Source: Larinioides sclopetarius (taxonomy: Eukaryota). Taken from it: a DNA stretch of 64,000 nucleotides. Under the pieces are notes generated by a model that saw only the letters and a list, made by a program, of their open reading frames with translations, ran no database searches and was not told where the DNA came from. Location: contig CAXIEN010000093.1 in NCBI GenBank assembly GCA_964023285.1, forward strand, positions 2,503,739 to 2,567,738. Direction: 5' to 3'. Made by a program: the position numbers and the translations under genes. Shown one piece after another: positions 54,902-64,000 of this stretch. Each line of letters begins with the position of its first letter. Position 1 is the first letter of the stretch.

Positions 54902-57900
54902 CACTGTTAAAACTGAAGGTGACAAACCGGCACCTTTTGGTCACCTAGGGTGAAAAGGCAGTACCATTTGGAACCTTAGGGTGCTTTAGAGGCTTGGAAA
55001 TGTGGTTGGGGTGCTGCTTGGCACCCCACAGGGTGAAAGAAGCTAATAAGGGTGCATTTGACTTTATATTTGTAGAAATGTGGCACCTTACAGGGTGCCC
55101 AACTCCTTGCGCATGCGCTTTTATACGCACTGAGTAAAAGAACTCGTAACGAACACTCAAAAATTTCCGTATTCTCAGTGCTAAACGTCTTTTCAATGCC
55201 CGTTTTCCCCTTTTTACGAACTCATCCCTTCATTGCCGTAAGAAACGCTCGAGCAAGATGTACCGCTGAGACTTGCGCATGCGCGAAAAGCAAGCAACCG
55301 TCAGATGCAAAAAAGCAATGGCGTCGCGTTGTTTTGATGTGTTCTGTATGTTTTGCCTATTAACATTAACTTCGCTTACGAATTCGTTGTAGTTATTTTT
55401 AAATATAAAACATGTACAATGTTGACTTAATTAAGAGCAAGAGCAGCAAATTCGTTTTCTTTTCTGTTTTCATACGCCCAGATTTTAGCAGCAACACGAT
55501 CCGTATTTTCAACAAGAACTCGGATTGTGATCTTCGAAGAAAACCGGAATTAAGTAAGTACTTTTAACTAAATATTTACATTCTTTTCTGTGAATATGAT
55601 ATATAAATTGAAAGTTGAAATAGAGAATAATGTATATATATTCATTGTACTTGTAAATATAGAATAGTTGACTTCGGAAATTTATTAGCGTTGTTGCTAT
55701 ATTATTGCTTTTTGTATCCTCAGTGATTAAAAAAAAAGATAAGATGACTTGCAAAATGAGGTGCATACTGCATGAACTCCATTTTAGCAAAATTGAAATA
55801 TATTTAATTGATTAATTTGTAGCTAGAGGCAGTATGACATTGAGTCTTTTTTTTTAATATGAATCTTTACCCTTAACTCTAAAAAAAGTGACAATTTTTT
55901 TTAGTGAAATATTTCATTTATTGTTTAAAGAGTGTCTCAGACTTTAGACGATGGCTTCATTTTCACTAGTTAGATATTTTTTACCCTAAGCTAACAAAAA
56001 TCTGAATTTTAAACTTAATTGAGTTGTTCAGAAGTCATTGCAATTAAGAAAAAAAAAAAAAACTACAAATTGAGGAAATTCATGATTTTTCATAAAATAA
56101 TTTTTAACATTTTTGGTTTATGAATGGGATTAGTGAAGATATTCTTATACTAAAGCAATGAGTGTCTAATTTAATACCCGGAAATTATTATTAATCCCAT
56201 GGAATTTATAAAAAAAGCAGATAACATGAAAAATTAGATTTGTGCACTTTGGCTTGAATGACTCACTAGATGTGCATTTATTCTTACACTATTTATTTTA
56301 TTCAAATGAGTTTCAAGTTATAATCTCTGGATATATGAATAATTTTTATGAGAAACAGTATAAAAATGCCTCCTCTTATTATAAAATGTTCTTAGTTAAA
56401 ATTTTCCAATGTTACTCCCTGATGACAAATGCACCCCTTTTCAATATTTGCTATAATATATAAAAGTGGGCAGAGTATAGAAAGTCTTCTTAGGATTAAG
56501 ATTAATATGCTTTTACAGTATTTTTTTAAAACTACAATAAGAAACTTAGTTCTATTAATTCATTCAAATTCATTTGCTATAGTGAATATTTGACAGTTTT
56601 TATTTATATACCCTTTGGCAGATTTTTATTATGCTTTCTGTGACATTAATATTCATCAAAACCTCTCCAAAAAATGTTTAGTCCATTTATAAATTCTTAA
56701 TTTAACAATCTCGGTAATTCCTAAATAAAGTAAAATATCTCATTTAACAAATTCAGCTTTATTTAGTTTTTAAATAAAAGAATTAATTTAAGTATATGAA
56801 AAAGAAAACATATAACGATTTACTTAAAAAAATATAAAATGTTTAGCATGTATTATATTTTAACTATATTGTACCTTCGCGAAGAATGCTGAGCCAATTT
56901 GACAGATTTGCTGAGGTTTGCGGAAAAGCTCATAAATATCATTGATAGAGGAATAATTTTTACAAATGCTTGGCACTTCTGTATGTAAAAATATTTGAGA
57001 CAAAATATTTTAACCTCATTGTTTTGGCACAGAATAATGCCTCATGTGGGAAAAGTTATGCTAAAATAACTCCTTCATAGAGACCTTTGAAATTGCCATT
57101 ATAGATCAAATATACAAATGCATACTTGTCCAGTATCTTAGTGGAGGGAAGAAGTCAGCGTAACGTACATGGGGAGGATCGTTTTTGTTTGATCCTGAAT
57201 TGCCCTCAAATTAAAAAAATTCTTCGGAACGATCTCGACTTATTTACACAAATATGTCAATTCTCCAAAAAATATAATTTTTTTACTGAAGTGAAAATCA
57301 TTCTACAGGAAACTTGTGCTATTCTGTGGCATTGTTGCTGTGTCAACAATCTTCTGCCCCGGGATTAATATAATTATTCAATTTATTTGAAAATGTAAAA
57401 TTTTAAACTGTAACTGTAAACAGCAAATGAGATTTTCAGCTTCTGAATATTATCAATTTTATTTTATATAGTAAGGTAGGGCAGTAGTAAATTGATGTCG
57501 TTTGAATATGTTGTAGTTTTTTTTTACCTGTAAGATTCATACAAATAATTTTTTGGAATGCCTTATTTGTCGCTACTGTATAAATATGTTTTTATATTAA
57601 CAGAAAAACATCAGAATTGCCTAGATTTATCATAGTTCAAATGTCTTTTTTTATTTTTAGTTTGATATTTATCTGAGCCTGTATTATTATGATTTATCTT
57701 TCTGAGCCTGATGTAGTTTAGGAACATGTATTTCTTTTTTCTAGCTGACACATTTTGTCAAATTATGGTATAAATTATAATAAAAGTTAAAATAATTATT
57801 GAAATAAAAAAAAAATGTTTTTTTTTCAATTCTTTAAGTTTTTGATTATTGTATTTTTAATCCAAAGACTTCATGCGAAACAACGAGACGATTTAACGGA

Positions 57901-60900
57901 TAATATTAACTTGAATTATGATTATATTTTCTAAACAACAAAATAACATAATACGATGAGGGATATTGTAAACAAAATCATTAATTTATTAAAATATTTA
58001 TATTCTTAAAAGATAACATCATTTGATGTATGTTTCTTAGTCCTTTTTCTATGAGATTGGACTGCAGTTTTAGAAGATATATCTTCTAATCTAAATTTTA
58101 ACACTATGAAATCTTTTTAAGATGAAATGTTATTGGCTGCAATGGAAACAACTACTGGATATCAAGAAAAAAATGCCTGAATAGCAACTACATGAAGTAC
58201 AAAAATAATGGTATCTTTCAATTTTTATGTATAAAATTAAATCTTAGTAGAAACCAAGAGTTAATCCTAATAAATAAAAATGTTGTAATGAATATTGGTT
58301 TGGCTGATTACCGAATATTTTGCAGCCAAATATCTACTTTTCGAAAACATTTCTTTTTTTAATGGTAAATAATATATTTCTTAAATTTTAAATAAAAAAT
58401 TAATGATTTATTGGTTTTATTAAATATTAATGCCTTGGTTTATTTTGTATTTGTCACCTTAATTCTAAGAATAAGATATTGTTGCTTTCACAAATCTGAA
58501 TAAATTATATTTGGGTTAAAGTTCAGATAACGGTGCGTGGTTAATTCTAACCTATAAATAAGATGATTCTTTGACGCCAAGAATACGATAGATTGGCGAC
58601 GTGTAATCATTGTTTGGTATGCGCAGAAATGTCTTAAATTTTGTCAGGTTTGCGCAAGAAGACTTGGAATTCTGTTTCGCGTTCGTTGATTGCATTTCAT
58701 TTGTCATGTGACTTAAAGATGCATTCTGATTGGTCGAGTTCTTAGAATTTTCATTTTAAAACAATATCGTTTGCTTTTCAGAATTTGGAATTCGGGTTTT
58801 TAATTTTCGCCAGTTAATAGATGATTTAGTTTCGCTAAAGCAGAAAAGGTGAGTGAAACGTTAGTGTTTCAATTGATAATTTGTATTTTTAATTTCCTAA
58901 ACTTACCATTAACTAAGAGGTTTTCCAGTAACTAACTGAAAATGAATTTTAAAAAAGAACGAAGGATTCCATACGTTCACTTTATTAGCGAAGCTACGAT
59001 TGGCCCACTATGCTGAAAGCGAAGCCCCTGAAGTTTTTTTTAGTTCAAAAAAATTGCCCGGTACACGTTTGCAATGCCGCAGGCATTGCGTGCACAGCGG
59101 AAAAAAATTCATCATGTTTTAGAAATAATTGCGTTCTCAGAAGAGAGAAGAAAAAAACAATAACCAAAAAATCAGCGGAATTTGCGCGCGAGAAACGAAA
59201 AACAAATTCTACAATCGCATTCCACCGTCGCAAAGCTATCACTCTATTGGCGACATAAAGTTAGCGACCATTTTCGTAGAAGTAGCCGCGCACCGTTATC
59301 TGAACTTTTACCTATATTTGTATATACTTTTACCTATATTATATTAATTAGATATTTTTTAGATATTATATTTTTTAGAAAATATAACCTAGATATGATA
59401 GAATTTTGCTTGCCATTCTTTATATTTTTCATTTAAATATAAGAAATTTCCCCAATCAATGTCAAGTCATTTCCTTTAAAATATATATTAATTATTCTCC
59501 GTCACTTCTATTTGCCACCCAGTCAAATATATGTGCTTTATAATCACACCTACAGTTAAAAGGTTAAAAGTTATTTAACTTCATAATGCTTACTCTACTC
59601 TTAAAATTTAATGAATGTTAGATTTTTTATAAGTATATTGAAATGTAATTCTGTAATATAAATAAATTCTAACTCTTCTTAAGTGATTCTTTGTTAAATA
59701 TATATTTTATAAATATTATTCTAAATTTATTTGAATGAATATATCTTTAGCATTTGTCAAAATAGCTATTGTATATGCTATGTATTCTTGCTTGCATTAT
59801 AGGCTTTACAATCATAAGAAATACATAAAATTATTAAATTCATTTGTAGGCTATATATTTCATAGTTTTAAATATATATAAATTGTATAAAGCTATATCT
59901 ATGTAATTTAAAAGTGAGTAAATGATATTTTTTAGATGAAAAATGTAATAAAATATAATTCTGAAATATTTTTATCTTAAAAAATTACTATCTGGAAAAT
60001 ATACAGCCAAATATCTGCTGAGTATTTGGTTAGCCGAATATTTGGCAGAAAAACCAAATACTCGCTACATCCTTAATAAATATATATATTTATTTTAGTA
60101 AAAGTAGATTCATCGTGTTTTCTCACAAATTATTTAATGTCATGATGCATTGATTTAAATTGGAGGATATTTACAAATGTGTTAAATTGTTGTTATAAGT
60201 AAATATTTTGCTTTTTTAAAAAATTATCTTTTGTAGTTTAGCTTAAAATTTGTTTAGTGTTCTGTTAAAGTAATTAAATTGAATGCTGCATTTTAATAAT
60301 AACGACAAAATTATTGTAGCTTTATCATCTTAATATTATAAATAATTTCTTAATAATTCAAAAGGTTACTGGAATTTGTTTATAAAATTTTTTAAGTATC
60401 TAAAGTACTTTCTTATACATTTGTATTTATAGGGTGAATACCGGCCCAAACAGACGAGATCAGGCTTCAGCATTTTCTTGAAGAAAAAATCCTTCGGCAT
60501 CAAGAGGATATGTGGATATTTGTCATAATGTAAAGAACACAGACCATTCAATAAATATGTTGTATATATCTGTTTTGTCTTTATTGTGTTCACACCCATC
60601 TGGAATTTTTTTTAAAGAATTGATAAATTGATTTTCTAAATACTTTTATCTTTTGGAAGTGTTTCTGTTGCCTGAAAGAATAATATATTTTTTTTAATGC
60701 TTGACCTGTATCTATTTGGTAATACTATTGTGTGTGCCTGTATTTTATTTAAAAGTACCACAATCATTAAAATTATCTACTAACTTTTATTTTTATATTT
60801 AAAAGCTTAAAGATTAATTTGGTATTTAATTGTGTTGTATTTAGGTTAATGCATAAAATGAAATGTCAAAAATACAATTTATTTTTGTTTTAAAAAGTAC

Positions 60901-62068
60901 AAAATAAAAAAATTGTATTAACAAAATTTTAAATGTAATTCATCAGCAGTATTAATAAAAAAGTATTTTTTTCCTATTTCTGCCAGGAATTGACTGAGCA
61001 ATAATATAACTACACATTTATGATATTTAGTAACAGTATATTACAGAATTTATATCTGAAAAAGTATTCGTTTCTCTCGTCAATATTTCATTTATCTATA
61101 ATTTTAATTTATTATTTTAAATCAATCTTCTCATTTTTACATACACAAACTTTTTTCTAGCAGCAGTTTTATTGTGTGATGTGATGCAAGCAACTTAGTA
61201 TCGAACTTCAATAAAAAATGGCCAAGAAAATAATTGAACAGTGAAAAATTATTTAAAATAGATACCTTTAATTAATTTTATGTGTGAAGTTTAAAAATTT
61301 ATTAATATTTCTCAAATTCAATCAAAAGTATCCTTTATAACTTATTATTTTAAATACGTGCTTTTAAAAAACATTTTTGATAATTGCTTTAGTTCTTGAA
61401 AAATGATTAAAAAAATTAATATAATCATGAAAAGTTTATTCATAAAGAATAAATATATGCATTAATATTTTAGCGCGAGAAGGAATAAAGTGATCTAAAA
61501 GCAGAATAGGGTAAATTTTTTAGAGAATGGTGTTAAAAACATAATACCAAGATAAAAGGTAAGTAAATATTGAATGGAAATTTAAAAAAAAATATTTAAA
61601 AACCTTTTATTCATTTAAAATTTAATCTATTATATATACTGAAAGTAAAATGGGCAAATATATTATATCCTCTGCATCTTAGTTTTCTAGAAATATTGAA
61701 TATGCTTTTAAATAAAAGGCACTTGAATCTGAATTAAAAGATACAATGTGCCTCTTAATTTTCAAAGGCACAAAAATTCAAAATGTGCCTCTTATATCAG
61801 AGGCAGTTTTAAGAGTGTACATTGAGGGTGCTACTAGGCACCTTGAATTAAGGGTGCCGTCCTTTCACCTTTGTGGGGTGCCACTAAGCACCTTGAATTA
61901 AGGGTGCCGTCCTTTCACCTTTGTGGGGTGCCACTTAGCACCTTGAAGTAGGGTGCCAATCTTTCACCCTAGTTAAGGGTGCCAATTTTTCACCCTTAGG
62001 GGTGACGCTGGTGAGACAAGCTTTTCACCCCTTAAAGGTGCCAAATGTCACCTGTAGTTTTAACAGTG
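54902..62068. mobile_element. 7.2-kb element bounded by about 35-bp terminal inverted repeats with flanking TA duplications; putative non-autonomous DNA transposon with subterminal repeats
   Basis: Left end 'TA|CACTGTTAAAACTGAAGGTGACAAACCGGCACCTTT'. The right end, reverse-complemented, reads 'TA|CACTGTTAAAACTACAGGTGACATTTGGCACCTTT'. Both ends are followed by arrays of 'AGGGTGAAAG…GGCACCC' subterminal repeats, and the right side carries about 2.5 tandem 58-bp units at 61819-61990. No intact transposase ORF was found inside. Confidence 0.6.
58527..59300. repeat. Foldback: roughly 90-bp inverted repeats flanking about 600 bp of CpG-rich sequence, nested inside the 7.2-kb element
   Basis: 58527-58620 reads 'aagttcagataacggtgcgtggttaattctaacctataaataag…gacgccaagaatacgatagattggcgacgtg'. 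59215-59300 is its inverted partner ('…caccgtcgcaaagctatcactctattggcgac…cgcgcaccgttatctgaactttt'). The interior holds a TATAAATAA box at 58553, CCAAT/ATTGG boxes, and a 'aaaag|gtgagt' splice-donor-like site at 58848. Confidence 0.55.
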
Positions 62069-62989
62069 TACTAAAATATTTTTTCTACAAAATTAACAAC
62101 TTCGGAATGATGATTCAAAACTGGAATAAATTTATCCTCATATTTTTTGCTAATTAGCTTTTTTACTACTGTATATGTTTGGATAACAGTATTTACTACT
62201 ATTTTAATAGGATATAATATAAGCCCTCTATCATTTTAATCTATTAGTTTTCCATAAATCTTTTTCCCAATCTGAGCAATGTAATAAATACGAAAATGCA
62301 ATAAATCATTGTTTATACGATATTTGTTGCAAGGTCCCGCAATTCAACTTTCCACCAGGCCCCACTTTTTCTAAGACCTGCCATGGAGAACAGCTTTTAC
62401 GGATCATTCACGGACAATTCATAAGCGGTCTATGGTAAAGAAATCAGATAATTCTCGGACAACCCATAGACAGTCTATGGTAAAAACAGATAATTCTCGG
62501 ACAATCCATAGACGGTCTATGGTAAGGAGACCACTCATGATGTCAATCTAATGCTGAGGAATGGACTGTCGGCCTGTACCATGCAATATCGCTGTTTCAT
62601 TTCGAACCGCACAAAATGCTTTGACCCAACAAAAGGAAAACGCTCATTATCGCTGCAGACCTCACATAGTCTCTGAAATTATTTAGATTGACGTTTGCAA
62701 CAGGAAATTTCGATTTTAATCCACGACTGCTGATCAGTTGTGTAAATATGGCTTAGAGAGATAAAAATGGCACTCTGCGCTTTAACACTGTACAAAAACT
62801 TCCCTTCAAAATGGATCCACTGTTTTATACAATCTACGATTATAGGTTTATCGAACTAAAGCGCTTGAACAGAAAATACAAATCATTGAAAGTCGGACAA
62901 CAGTGGAGTTAATCTAACTTCCATTCACTGGTTATTCCAGTCTTGGTTTAATCAGTATAATAAACATTAAAATTTTTCGTTGAACACAC

Positions 62990-63073
62990 ATTGTCATCTG
63001 ACCACGGTTCAAAATTATGAGGTCTGTCCGTAAATAGCTCTCGTGTGGCTTAAAATCGGGACGTTAATATAAC
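62990..63073 (+). mobile_element. 5'-truncated SINE copy (central-domain family)
   Basis: 'ttgtcatctgaccacggttcaaaattatgaggtctgtccgtaaatagctctcgtgtggcttaaaatcgggacgttaatataac' is collinear with the 3' part of the copies at 63286 and 24058. Confidence 0.6.
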
Positions 63074-63285
63074 CTAACCTAAGCTATTTGAACGCACATT
63101 TCTGATATCAAAAATTTAAATAATTATTTTATGAAAAAAAAGTTTTATAAATTAGGAATTCAGTAAACTTATTTAAAACCATCTCCTCCTTGAAATAACA
63201 TTCATTAAAAAAATTTTCAAACACTTTTAGGATGAATTTGTATGGTAATATTGATAATTCATTAACATTTTTTTGGTAGTTATGT

Positions 63286-63555
63286 TATATTAACGTTCCG
63301 TTTTGTTGCAACACAAGGGCTATTTTTGGATGAAACTCGTAATATTGAACCATGGTTGGATGATGAGAATGACACCCGAGCTTGCACCCCTCTCTCCAAA
63401 TCTTCGGGCCACACCAATGGGAAGGCGTTTGGCCATTGTGTATTATTTAGCTTGCGATGAGCACCATACACGGCGGATCTTTGGCGGAATCAGGTTTCGA
63501 TCCTGAGGCCCTAGAGCCGAGACCATACTACTTAAGCCACCATGGTCAAGATCGC
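63286..63555 (-). mobile_element. Full-length tRNA-derived SINE (central-domain family), in head-to-head arrangement with the 62990 copy
   Basis: The minus strand reads 'gcgatcttgaccaTGGTGGCTTAAGTAGTATGGtctcggctctagggcctcaGGATCGAAACCtgattcc…ggggtgcaagctcgggtgtcattctcatcatccaaccatggttcaatatt…acgttaatataac'. The A-box and B-box motifs are in capitals. The ORFs on both strands at 63280-63657 are artefacts of this SINE. Confidence 0.65.
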
Positions 63556-64000
63556 TGTAGAGATTTGTGTAATAGATATGCTCTGAGTACAGTGCTTCCT
63601 CTATTCAGAGTTAATACCTTATTTGTTATTACCGCTACAAATATTCAAGCACTTTAAATTCACATGCTATTGCATATCCGTGTTAACGTTGTTAGAGGTA
63701 TTTTATGTTTTGATCTAACATGTATGCATAAGTATTTCCTTTGTATAATGAAAGGATTGATCGGAATTAAAAACAGAATTTTAAAACACACTTTCATTAA
63801 TGTCCTAAACAGGGGATTTTTTAATTTTGATGTCTTTCTATTTTTTAATTTGGAGATTTATTGTTTTTCAAATTCATTACCAGGTGATGTTACTGGTACG
63901 AATCAAAAATAGATTTAATAAAAGCTTAGTTGATAACTAAGCTCTGAAAATATTAAAATAGTATGCTTCCATCTAGAATACACAAATTTACAAAATTTCA

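Noticed and set aside
55178-55363. A 61-aa ORF starting within the CpG block that carries the duplicated GCGCATGCGC motif.
   Set aside because: It is too short and has no recognisable domain. The region is better read as promoter or UTR-like cargo of the TIR element. A possible 'AAG|GTAAGT' donor at 55549 is noted but remains unconfirmed.
61819-62030. Regularly spaced roughly 58-bp direct repeats ('ccttgaattaagggtgccgtcctttcacctttgtggggtgccac…'), which could look like a CRISPR array.
   Set aside because: The context is eukaryotic. The units are contiguous with no unique spacers, and they are the subterminal repeats of the 7.2-kb TIR element.
1-64000. A search for a prokaryotic-style novel system: a defence island, operon, CRISPR-Cas or toxin-antitoxin system.
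   Set aside because: The window shows spliced exons, a poly(A) signal, SINE, LINE and mariner content, microsatellites and about 30% GC. This is eukaryotic nuclear DNA with no co-directional gene clusters, RBS-spaced ORFs or Cas-like coding capacity.

Overview
This window is AT-rich, CpG-poor eukaryotic nuclear DNA, most likely from an arthropod. It is not a prokaryotic locus: there are no operon-like ORF runs, no CRISPR array, and the only long clean ORFs are spliced exons.

The main functional content is the 3' part of a WD40-repeat protein gene on the + strand. I can build 13 exons (about 1.78 kb, roughly 592 codons) from about 3452 to the TAA at 47900-47902. An AATAAA signal follows at 48046-48051. 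Every junction uses canonical AG/GT sites, and the reading phase is consistent across all 13 exons.

The very large introns, the intergenic DNA and the 3' flank carry many transposon remnants:
- a frameshifted piggyBac-like transposase (1540-2871);
- a complete 1.3-kb mariner-like element with TA target duplications inserted into a roughly 145-bp satellite array (7847-9148);
- a second decayed mariner fragment (about 40540-41110);
- a LINE reverse-transcriptase fragment (about 11080-11235);
- several tRNA-derived SINE copies, in two families;
- a 7.2-kb element bounded by about 35-bp terminal inverted repeats with TA duplications (54902-62068), which carries CpG-rich, promoter-like internal islands and a nested foldback.

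In addition, two CpG-rich roughly 350-bp islands with palindromic CCAAT boxes lie in inverted orientation around a 7.4-kb intronic segment. I see no evidence of a novel 'system' in the microbial sense. The most interesting structures are the TIR-bounded element with promoter-like cargo, the inverted CpG islands inside the WD40 gene, and the mariner-in-satellite insertion.
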